This document shows positions 7,911 to 16,389 of a stretch of DNA of 34,523 bases, one piece after another. Numbering within the stretch: the stretch's first letter is position 1; each line of letters begins with the position of its first letter. A model generated the notes under the pieces. The model was not told where the DNA came from and made no database searches. It saw only the letters and a list, made by a program, of their open reading frames with translations. The position numbers and the translations under genes are program-made. Origin of the DNA: a virus (taxonomy: Duplodnaviria; Caudoviricetes); IMG/VR virus record IMGVR_UViG_3300023293_000006, positions 1 to 34,523 of that record; one strand, given 5' to 3'.

Positions 7911-10550
7911 TTACTGGCGCGGCAGGCGCTTGAGGCGCAGCGTGGTTTCCGCCAGGTCCACGGCGCTGCCGGTGTTGTTGGTGATAGTCACTCTCACGCC
8001 GCCGGTGTAGGCGCTGGCCGAAACCGAAAGCCCCGCCGTGTTGTTCTCCAGCGTGGCGATCACGAAATCCCCCGGCCGCGTGCCGGTGAATGTGTGCGGT
8101 GTCGTGTTGCTCGCGCCGTCGGCAATCGAGGGCGCGTTCCAGGTTTTTTCCAGCTCGCCGTAGAACGTGCCGTCGTTCACCATGCAGTCCATGGCCCTGA
8201 CATTGGTGCCGCCGATCACAAGGCTGCTGGCATTGTCGGCCCCCGCGTCCTTGCAACGAGCGCCAACGACCAGACTGTCCGTAACCGTATTTTCAAGGAC
8301 AAGCCCCGAATTGGACGGGTAGACCAGATCATTGCGCACGACAATTCCCCGAATGAGCATCCCCGTTCCGCGCTGGAAGCGCGTCGCTCTGTTGCCGCTG
8401 TGCCCACAATTCAAAACCATGTCGCCGTCGCTCTCCACCTGCGATCCGCTTAAATTCAGGCCCTCGCCGCCGAAGCCGTAGATGCGATTTTTTCGCGTCG
8501 AAACCTCGGAACAAACACCAATGTTGATACCCCGCCCTACACTGGTGGACAGGACGGCAGGCTGGCACCTGTTCTTTTCTGCCCGCACGTTCTGCGAATA
8601 TGTCACCCCGATTGCCGTGGTTGTGCTGGCCGTCACTATGTTGCTGTCAATGATGACGTTCACCATCTGCGAGAGCTTGATCTGAGAGTTGGCGCTACCG
8701 TTTCCGAATACCGTGTTTCGCCGGATCGTCATGTTGGAGTTATTGCCAGCCCGGTAAACATAAAAGTGCATGTCAGATACGGTCGGGTCTTTGTCGAGCG
8801 TTCCCGTGCCTGAACCCGTCACCGATGTGATCGTGCCATAGTCGAAATCTGTGCTGATCTTAAAGCTGAACTGATCGGCAGAAATCTCATTGACGATGTA
8901 ATAGGTGGTGCTGAAAGCCGAGGGCCAGGAGGCCCCGCTTTCTGTGCGGCGAGCAACAACGGTTCCGACCTCGATCCCAAGATCGTCCGTCAGAAGGTTC
9001 GTGTCCTCCACGGTGATCCACCCATCTGCCGCGAAAGAGATCACACCGAGGCGGTCGCCCGTGCGGTAGATTGCGTCGTCAAACTGCGTGCCGCCCGCTG
9101 CCGATCCAATGCCGTCTCCAGCGTTGCCGTAAACCTCGTTATCCTCAATGATGCAGTCGTCGCCAAAGACGCTGACAATTCCGCTGTCGCAGCTATGGAC
9201 TTTGTTGCGCCGAATAACCCCGCGACGGATCGCAGAGGTGCCGTCGGTCTTGTAAAGGTTGGCCTCCAGGTCGATACCGGCCCCCGGCGATCCGGTGGCG
9301 TTCCAGAACTCGCAGCCCTCGATCAGATACCCGTCGCAAGCCACAACAGATACACAGTTGCGCGTGCCTGCCCCCAGCCCTTCTCCCTTGCAGTCGATGA
9401 TCTGGATATTCTCGGGAATAGCACCAGTTGCCACGTCGCCGCCGATGTAGAAACAGTCGTCTCCACTGTTGCCGCTGCCCTTTGCGTGCAGTCCTCGGAC
9501 CGAACAATTTTTTGCGATATTAGAACCGCCGCCCGAAATCAAAACGGCATGGCTATTCTGGCTCCCGTTTAGCTCAACTCGCGCCCCATATCCCCAAACG
9601 TGAACATTCTCTTGCTGAATTTGAATTGCCCGAGTGCCGCCGGTCTTTGCCTTGTAAACTGTGCCAGGCTCGAACTTGATAGTGGTGTTCGCGGCTGGGA
9701 TAAGGCGATCCCCGATATATGCCGCGACGTTGAAATTGATTACCAGCGTTCCGTTTGCAGCCTTTGCCAGTGCCGCATAGAATTTAGTGGTTTCATCGAC
9801 GCCGGGGGAAATGCCCCATGCGTCAGTGTGGTAGGCCCCATCCCCATCGGGAAGAACGTCAAGCTCAACGCCGCCTGCCGTTGTGAGATCACCGCCGCTG
9901 GCAACCTCAAGGTATAGGTGCCGCCCAGCGCGCCAGATCGCATCGACCCCGCGCGATGCCTCGGACGCGGCGAGCATTGCCGTCGGTGTTTGGTAGATGA
10001 TTTGCGCGCCGGTTTCCGCGTAGATGTTATACGGAAACGAGGCCAGCGCGCCGCTGTCGGTCAAGCCGATCAGCCTGGAATTTTCAGGAGTGAATAGATA
10101 CGCTCCGAGCGGCCCGAACCCGAGAATTTGCGTGTCGCCGGATGGATTGAGAATGGCCGGATTGCCGTCGTTCCTTCCGACGCCGAACTTCTTGTTGATA
10201 AGGGTGAAGTGGTGCTGGAGGCGCTGCCAGATGCGATCCATCTCGACGTTGAAGGGGTCGCTCTTGAACTCGCCGCGAAGCTGCATGTCAGAGCTGCGCT
10301 GGAGCGGCACCACCAAGTAGACTGAATAGGCGTCGGTGCCGCTCGCTGCCGTCGTCAGCGTCACCACCCCAGAGTTGCTGCCTGCGCCAGTGACAGTGTA
10401 ATCCGTATTCAGCACAAGCGGCGTTTCCGAGCCCGACTTGTACACCTCAAGCCAAGCGGCTTGCTCAAAATAGAAATCGAGCGAGATCGTCTTGACGCCC
10501 GCCGCAGGAGTGAGTGGCCCCACAACAAGATCGTTTTCCGAAACTGCCAT
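7911..10550 (-). CDS. Tailspike / receptor-binding protein with parallel beta-helix (putative depolymerase)
   Basis: Podovirus fibre-type N-terminal adaptor (LVLNTDYTVTGAG...MDRIW), pectate-lyase-like repeats (IEDNEVYGNAGDGI), located after the internal virion genes. Confidence 0.85.
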   Translation of the reverse strand: MAVSENDLVVGPLTPAAGVKTISLDFYFEQAAWLEVYKSGSETPLVLNTDYTVTGAGSNSGVVTLTTAASGTDAYSVYLVVPLQRSSDMQLRGEFKSDPFNVEMDRIWQRLQHHFTLINKKFGVGRNDGNPAILNPSGDTQILGFGPLGAYLFTPENSRLIGLTDSGALASFPYNIYAETGAQIIYQTPTAMLAASEASRGVDAIWRAGRHLYLEVASGGDLTTAGGVELDVLPDGDGAYHTDAWGISPGVDETTKFYAALAKAANGTLVINFNVAAYIGDRLIPAANTTIKFEPGTVYKAKTGGTRAIQIQQENVHVWGYGARVELNGSQNSHAVLISGGGSNIAKNCSVRGLHAKGSGNSGDDCFYIGGDVATGAIPENIQIIDCKGEGLGAGTRNCVSVVACDGYLIEGCEFWNATGSPGAGIDLEANLYKTDGTSAIRRGVIRRNKVHSCDSGIVSVFGDDCIIEDNEVYGNAGDGIGSAAGGTQFDDAIYRTGDRLGVISFAADGWITVEDTNLLTDDLGIEVGTVVARRTESGASWPSAFSTTYYIVNEISADQFSFKISTDFDYGTITSVTGSGTGTLDKDPTVSDMHFYVYRAGNNSNMTIRRNTVFGNGSANSQIKLSQMVNVIIDSNIVTASTTTAIGVTYSQNVRAEKNRCQPAVLSTSVGRGINIGVCSEVSTRKNRIYGFGGEGLNLSGSQVESDGDMVLNCGHSGNRATRFQRGTGMLIRGIVVRNDLVYPSNSGLVLENTVTDSLVVGARCKDAGADNASSLVIGGTNVRAMDCMVNDGTFYGELEKTWNAPSIADGASNTTPHTFTGTRPGDFVIATLENNTAGLSVSASAYTGGVRVTITNNTGSAVDLAETTLRLKRLPRQ

Positions 10551-10553
10551 CTG

Positions 10554-13025
10554 CTAACCTCCGAAAGCGTTTGAAATATCTGGTGCCCGCAGGGAGCCTT
10601 TTCCCTGTATAGCAGAAGAACCAGGTGGTGCGAAGAATTGAGTGTCATACTGCCGCGCGCTCTGGATGCGACGGCGGAACGATTGCGATGCCTCCGGGTC
10701 GATCACCTGCTGGAGCTGATCCAGCACCTCGCGCTCGTAGGCCAGGCGCAGATACCAAAGTGATCCGCCCGGCGTGTAATTCCGCAGGAGCCCGACCAGC
10801 TCGCGCCCGGCCCGCGTCTCCTCGCCAAGCGCCAGCTCGCGCGCATTTCCGACTGTGAAGCGCAGCATGTCGTCTAGGAAGCCCACGCCAGGCCCGGCCA
10901 GCGTCTCCGCAATTCCGCCGCCAAAGCGGTTCACGTCGGAGAAGAAGAAATCCCCGAAGATGCCAGCGCCGCCGCCCTGGGCAATCGCGGCCGTCCAGAA
11001 CTCGCCGCTGGTCATGTCGCGCGGATCGCGCCCCTTTGTTGTTTCCTTCATCTGGATCGCCAGCGCGCCCAAGATCGTGTTGCCGACCAGCATCCCCGCC
11101 GCGTAGGACAGCGCCGAGCCCGGCCGTCCTTGGTAGGCTTCCGCCATAATCCGGCCGAACTGCGTGACCAGCATCGTAACCGGGAAGCTCTTGAACTGGA
11201 GCCCGAAACGCAGGAACTCGCCAGAGATTGAGCCTGGCTGCGTGCGCCCGAGAACCATCGCCTTGCCAAAGATGTTGGTGCTGGGCACCGCGAACTCGGT
11301 CAGGCTTGTGATCGCCTCCATGTAGCGATCCGCGAGGCTTGCCCCGCCCACCTCCTCGATCTCCTGTGATCGCAAAAGTTGGAGCCCGCTTTGCGTTTCA
11401 TGGACGCGCGCCCTCTGAATTGCTGGCCAATCGTTTTCCCCGATCCCGTAGCTCTTGAACATGCGCTGCGTGCGTGCGGGCAGCTCGCCCCAAGAGCCAG
11501 ATTGCCACTTTACTGCCTGCGACATGAACTCCAGCCCGAAGGATTGACGTTGCACCTCTGTCAGCCATCCCAGACCCGAGGCGCGGATAGTGAAGTCAGC
11601 TAGGCGCGCCGCGCTTTCGACGTGCATCTCCTCCAGCTCATAGCGCGCCACAGCATTGCCGATATCCACCGCGTTCTCAAAGATCAGTCCGGCCTCATTC
11701 GCCTGGGCGCGCATGTCAGTTGATGTGGCCAAGCGCGAAAGCTGGCGCATGAACCCGAGCTTGGACATTCCGACGAAACCCGAAGCGATCCGCTGGGTGT
11801 TGAAATCCGTCACGCTGGAGATCACCGCAGAGCCCAGGTGCGCGCTCGTCAGGTAATTCCGCAGGGCAGACGCACCGCGTGCCAGCTTGGCGTTCTGGGG
11901 CATGTTGGAGCGGCCGGTGAAAAGGTCCATCATGTCGTCGGCCACCTTCGACTTGCGCCGCGCCCGGTCCAGAGCATCAGGTTCCGCTGATCGGCTTGCA
12001 AGCTGCTGCGCCGCGTCGGACAGATACCGGAACGTGTGGAACGGGTTTGGCCCCAGCTCCTCCATCATCGAGATATCCATCGCCATGTTGTCGAGGTGGC
12101 CCATCATCACCCGGAACGCATCCTGCCCGCTGCCAAAGCGCTCTGAATACCCCATCCAGTCGTCGGCGCTTTTGAACTTGAAAAACCGATGATCGGCCCG
12201 GCGGTTATACATGGCAGAGCCATGACGTGCGGCAGGAGAACGGCGCGAATAGCCATCAGTGCGAATTGCCTCGAAGGCGTCTTTCATCAGCACCTCCAGC
12301 GTCTCATTTGTGAAGGCCAGGCCGTTGTTGAAGTCCCGGCCCATCGCGTCGAGATCGAGCCGCGGCATGATAAAGCTGCGCCAGTCCTCATAGCTTGCCT
12401 TGCGCACCTTCGCGCTGTCATGCGCCTGGGGAAGCCCCCAATCTGCCCGCTTACCAACATGGCCACCGGCCGCATTGAAGCGAAGCCGCGCCTTCTCGGA
12501 TACCCCTGACCAAGATTGTGCAATGGCACGCGCCGCCGCGTCTCCGGTATCCTCTCCGAAAACCTCACGCACCACCTTGCGCAGCATCTCCGGCTTTCGC
12601 CGTTGCCCGGCCAGGTTCGCGCGAAACGCTTGCACAGCGCCGGTCAGATCGCGCCGAAAGCTGCGCCGCACAGCCTCATATTTCCCTGCCAGCGTCGATC
12701 CTTCAGCGCCTCGCGTGTTCGATACCAAGTCTTGCAGGTATTGCGCCGGGTCCAGATCGCCGCGAATGTTTCGATGCCTCTGCAACCGCTGACCTTGGCG
12801 CTGACTTGCCGCCGCCTGGAGCTGCATCACTCGGCGCTTTTCTGCTGCCTCTGCGCGCGCCTTGCCCTGGACCGCCCGAGCGGCCTCGATCTCGGCTTGG
12901 GTGTGCCCCATGCTGCGCTGAAACTCGCGGAAAGAGTTGTCATACTCGCGCAAGATGCGCTCGGCCCGGTCGCGGTCCATCTCGCCACCGGCCACCGCCC
13001 GATTGATACAGTCTCGAAGCGTCAT
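10554..13025 (-). CDS. Large internal virion (ejection) protein
   Basis: 823 aa, helical, QFKSFP motif and hydrophobic C-terminal segments; position equivalent to T7 gp16. Confidence 0.7.
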   Translation of the reverse strand: MTLRDCINRAVAGGEMDRDRAERILREYDNSFREFQRSMGHTQAEIEAARAVQGKARAEAAEKRRVMQLQAAASQRQGQRLQRHRNIRGDLDPAQYLQDLVSNTRGAEGSTLAGKYEAVRRSFRRDLTGAVQAFRANLAGQRRKPEMLRKVVREVFGEDTGDAAARAIAQSWSGVSEKARLRFNAAGGHVGKRADWGLPQAHDSAKVRKASYEDWRSFIMPRLDLDAMGRDFNNGLAFTNETLEVLMKDAFEAIRTDGYSRRSPAARHGSAMYNRRADHRFFKFKSADDWMGYSERFGSGQDAFRVMMGHLDNMAMDISMMEELGPNPFHTFRYLSDAAQQLASRSAEPDALDRARRKSKVADDMMDLFTGRSNMPQNAKLARGASALRNYLTSAHLGSAVISSVTDFNTQRIASGFVGMSKLGFMRQLSRLATSTDMRAQANEAGLIFENAVDIGNAVARYELEEMHVESAARLADFTIRASGLGWLTEVQRQSFGLEFMSQAVKWQSGSWGELPARTQRMFKSYGIGENDWPAIQRARVHETQSGLQLLRSQEIEEVGGASLADRYMEAITSLTEFAVPSTNIFGKAMVLGRTQPGSISGEFLRFGLQFKSFPVTMLVTQFGRIMAEAYQGRPGSALSYAAGMLVGNTILGALAIQMKETTKGRDPRDMTSGEFWTAAIAQGGGAGIFGDFFFSDVNRFGGGIAETLAGPGVGFLDDMLRFTVGNARELALGEETRAGRELVGLLRNYTPGGSLWYLRLAYEREVLDQLQQVIDPEASQSFRRRIQSARQYDTQFFAPPGSSAIQGKGSLRAPDISNAFGG

Positions 13026-13029
13026 GCCT

Positions 13030-16000
13030 TTATCCTTTCACGCAGAGATCGAGGACGGCCACCGCCTCGTCGTCAGCATCCAATTCGGCCGCAAGATCGG
13101 CGCGCGACTTTACCACCGCGATCTCGTTGCCTTCGCTATCAAAGCCACGGGCCACCGGCACCGCATCGAATAGATCAAACCGTCCTGGATCGTTCGGATC
13201 GAACAGCCCGCCGATCTGGCTATCATCGGCCGCAGCTCCACCCCGGCCCATCGGCTGCGACAGTCTCTGGTCCAAGCGAGTGCGCTCTGTGATAGGCTCG
13301 ATCCCATCGAACAAGCTCTGTTCCCCGGCGCTGGTCCGCTCCGTGTTGACAGTGCGACCATTGTTGCTTACATCAGGAGAGGAGGTATCCCCCATGCGAT
13401 TTTTTCTTGTAGACCGATCCATCCCAGCGCTGGAGCCGGAACCCGGTGCCATGCTGCTGCTTGGAGCCAACGGAACCTGGTCGGACATATCCCCGTCCGA
13501 GGTTCTTGCCGATGAAGGCTCGCCCGAGGTGTCCGAGGAGGTGTTTGTCTCCGTCGTGGCGCGGCTCGGCGCTTCCATGCCAGGCGTTTCCTGACCCAAG
13601 ATCGAGCGCCATTGCGGTGGCAACTTGTCCATCACCCCAGCATAGAGCGCTTCCATCTCGGCCAGCGCCTGCATCCGCTCACTCTCTGGGCGTGACAGGT
13701 CGCGGTAGACCTCATAGAACTTGTGACCGCGTGCCTCCTTTACCTCGAACATGCCGGGCACCCAGAGCTGCACCTCCCCGAGCTGTCCATCATCAAAAAC
13801 GACGGTCAGCTTGCGGTCGAAGTATCCACCCTCAACCACATTCCAGCCTTCATCGAGAACACGATAGCGCCGTGCCAGGATCGCCACGAACTCCTCGGCC
13901 GCTTCCGGCGTCGGTGCGTCCACACCACCACGCGCCACGTCAGTGACGCGGTTTGGATCGCCCGCATATTTGTCCTTGATCTTCTGCTCTGTGCGATCAC
14001 GCCCCTTGAGAGGTGCCGGTCTAGCCGTCACGCCAGCATCCCTGGCGGCAAGCTCGATTTCCTGTGTCAGCTCCAGGTGGTTGCGCTGGCCACGCGCCAT
14101 GAGATCATCCACATCACGGAAGGCTTGCGCCGCCTTGAGCCCGGCTTCGAGCTGCGCCGCCTCGGCTGGGTCGAGGTCTGGCAATCGCTCAATCCTGGGC
14201 TCGGCCACTGGCTCGATCCTGGTGTTGGCGATCTGGGCGCGCACGCCATCACCATTTACCGGGTCCGCGAAGCCTTCGAGGGGATCAGGTGCCGCTGCGC
14301 TCGAACGCGCAGGTTCTGCATTGCGTCCAGGAACGCCAGCTCCTGCCCCAGCGAGGCCATTTCGCTCAACCTCTTGTCGGACAGCATCTGCAACTCGCTG
14401 GGCGGCGTCTTTGAGACGGCCGGTTTCTTTGTAGCCTTTCGCGCCATCGTTCAACGCCTCCGATATTGGCCCGGCTCGGTGCGCCAGTTTCTGCACCGCC
14501 GCGAGGGCTTGTTCAACTTGTTGCCTGGTCTGCTTGTTGGTCGCCGTGTCCAGCCGGTTTGCTCCCGTTCCCTGGATGCGGTCGGCCCGCTCGTCCAGTG
14601 TGCGGAAAACGCTGCGATCATCTCGCATAATCCTCATGGCACTTTCCAGAACTTTGGCGCGCTCCAGGTAAAGACTTGCCACGATCTCCTGTTCCCCGAA
14701 TAGGTCGGACGTTACCTCGCGCGACACCGGAGCCTGGAGGGCTTGGGACAGGATGCTTTCAGCCTGGGCCGTGGTGTCTGGCCCGGTTCGCTTGAGGAGC
14801 TGCATCATTGCGCCGTGCATCTCTGGGTTATCCACCATCCTGCCCACAAGCTCGGCAAAGCGCTCCGGCACTACCTGATTGATGAACATATCGAACGCTT
14901 CATCGGACAGCCGCGCCAATGATTGCGCCCGAGCAATGCCAGGACCGGCAGGCAGTTGCGTGATTGCATCCGGCCGCACGCGCAGCACCCGAGCCGCATC
15001 TCGCGCCATCGCTGTTGACATGCCGTCGCTGGCCTCCGCGATATTCTTGAGTGCCGCCAGGACGCGGATATCTTCTGGCGAGAACCCGTCAGTCTCACGG
15101 AACACACGCGCCGCCATCGTGATCTCTTGGCCGGTTTGTTCCATGATCCGCCGCGCGAGGCCGGTGCGCTGGTGCCCGTCAGCGATTGCCCGCGATCCGT
15201 CGCCGTATTCATAGACGATCACGATCCCCGCGCGCTCTGGATACCACTCGGTTACGTCAAGGAGGCGCTGGGTTTGGCCACCCTCGGCCACGACATTAGA
15301 GCGGAACTGAAAAACGTCCGGCTGCACCAAAAGCTCGCGCGGGTCCACCTCCTCGATTTCGCCGTTGAGGATAGAGGATCGCGGCCGAGCGAAGATCGGT
15401 CGATCCGGCATGTCCGGCGTGCCGCCCTCGTGCGCCGCCAGAGCGGCCGTCTGGGCGCGCTCCAGGTGTTCGCGCACCTCCGGCCCGTCGCCACCGTCGG
15501 TTGCCGCCTCCTCGTCCTCCAGGTCGCGCCGGAGCTGCTGCGCGATCAAGCCCGCCTCTGCATCACCTGTCGCCTCTGCTGCCTCGATCAGCGAGCGGCG
15601 CTCGCCGCGCAGAAGGTGGCCAAGCCTGGTCGCCTGGTTTACGCCGCCACGAAACGCCTCGGGGCCATACATCGTGCCCGCGCGGATCGTGCCCCCGAGC
15701 GTGGCACCGACGGCAAAACCGAACGCGGCGTTCTCAAAGATGCTTTCCTCGGGAAGTCCGAGCTGGCGCAGGAAGGCATTGCGCGTCGGCGTGGTTCCGG
15801 CCTCCAGCGCAGCGTTGAGCACGCCCTCGATCAGCGCCGTGGCCAAGATGCCAGCGCGAGAAGCCGCACCGAAGGGAAGCGTTGCAATCGTCTCGATGTT
15901 GTCGAAACCGGCCACGAAACCGCCAGCCAGTTGCCCGCCAAGACCGCTCACGCCCCGCCCCCGAGACATGATCTCGTCGGATCGCTCGACACGCTCCAGG

Positions 16001-16389
16001 AGCGCCCCGGTGATTTCGTCGCGCCGCGCTGCCAGCGTCTCCGGCGTCACGTCCTCGGGAAGCTCGATGCCGCGCTGTTCCAGCTCCGCGAAAAGATCGG
16101 TCAGCGTGGCGTCGTCTGGGGCGAAGCGCTGCGAAGTGAGCCGCCCCGCCATTTCCAGGGAAAGCGCCTGCCCTTGGACGCGAACGCGCGCTGGGCCTGG
16201 GACTGAGATGTCGATCTCCATCTGGTCGCGAAGCGGCTGGAATATCTCGCGCTCTGTTCTGGGTCGGCTGGTTAGCTCGCCCACCTCTTGCTCGCGGCGA
16301 AACGCTGCACCGGCCACCTCGCCAAAGGTTGCGCGTGGCCCGCGCGTGGCGACGGGATCAACCGGCTGGAGCTGCACAAGTCTGGCCAT
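13030..16389 (-). CDS. Polyvalent internal virion protein with ParB-like and RelA/SpoT-like synthetase domains
   Basis: ParB-like VDP..L...FQFR...IADGHQR (~15000-15360). RelA/SpoT-like motifs PLKGRDRTEQK, TDVARG, GGYFDRK, GEVQL and GHKFYE (~13700-14020). Confidence 0.8.
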   Translation of the reverse strand: MARLVQLQPVDPVATRGPRATFGEVAGAAFRREQEVGELTSRPRTEREIFQPLRDQMEIDISVPGPARVRVQGQALSLEMAGRLTSQRFAPDDATLTDLFAELEQRGIELPEDVTPETLAARRDEITGALLERVERSDEIMSRGRGVSGLGGQLAGGFVAGFDNIETIATLPFGAASRAGILATALIEGVLNAALEAGTTPTRNAFLRQLGLPEESIFENAAFGFAVGATLGGTIRAGTMYGPEAFRGGVNQATRLGHLLRGERRSLIEAAEATGDAEAGLIAQQLRRDLEDEEAATDGGDGPEVREHLERAQTAALAAHEGGTPDMPDRPIFARPRSSILNGEIEEVDPRELLVQPDVFQFRSNVVAEGGQTQRLLDVTEWYPERAGIVIVYEYGDGSRAIADGHQRTGLARRIMEQTGQEITMAARVFRETDGFSPEDIRVLAALKNIAEASDGMSTAMARDAARVLRVRPDAITQLPAGPGIARAQSLARLSDEAFDMFINQVVPERFAELVGRMVDNPEMHGAMMQLLKRTGPDTTAQAESILSQALQAPVSREVTSDLFGEQEIVASLYLERAKVLESAMRIMRDDRSVFRTLDERADRIQGTGANRLDTATNKQTRQQVEQALAAVQKLAHRAGPISEALNDGAKGYKETGRLKDAAQRVADAVRQEVERNGLAGAGAGVPGRNAEPARSSAAAPDPLEGFADPVNGDGVRAQIANTRIEPVAEPRIERLPDLDPAEAAQLEAGLKAAQAFRDVDDLMARGQRNHLELTQEIELAARDAGVTARPAPLKGRDRTEQKIKDKYAGDPNRVTDVARGGVDAPTPEAAEEFVAILARRYRVLDEGWNVVEGGYFDRKLTVVFDDGQLGEVQLWVPGMFEVKEARGHKFYEVYRDLSRPESERMQALAEMEALYAGVMDKLPPQWRSILGQETPGMEAPSRATTETNTSSDTSGEPSSARTSDGDMSDQVPLAPSSSMAPGSGSSAGMDRSTRKNRMGDTSSPDVSNNGRTVNTERTSAGEQSLFDGIEPITERTRLDQRLSQPMGRGGAAADDSQIGGLFDPNDPGRFDLFDAVPVARGFDSEGNEIAVVKSRADLAAELDADDEAVAVLDLCVKG
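13346..13374 (+). promoter_or_regulatory. Internal antisense sigma70-type promoter
   Basis: TTGACA (13346-13351), 17-nt spacer, TACATC (13369-13374), then AGGAGAGGAGGT and an ATG. Confidence 0.7.
13394..13594 (+). CDS. Nested antisense small acidic protein (66 aa), candidate immunity protein/antitoxin
   Basis: GGAGGT SD 7 nt before ATG 13394 and a dedicated promoter. Protein MRFFLVDRSIPALEPEPG...EVSEEVFVSVVARLGASMPGVS. The host frame here is a Ser/Thr-rich linker. Confidence 0.65.
   Translation: MRFFLVDRSIPALEPEPGAMLLLGANGTWSDISPSEVLADEGSPEVSEEVFVSVVARLGASMPGVS

Noticed and set aside
7911-10550. Diversity-generating retroelement, as in BPP-1-like phages
   Set aside because: I see no reverse transcriptase motifs and no template/variable repeat pair near the tailspike.
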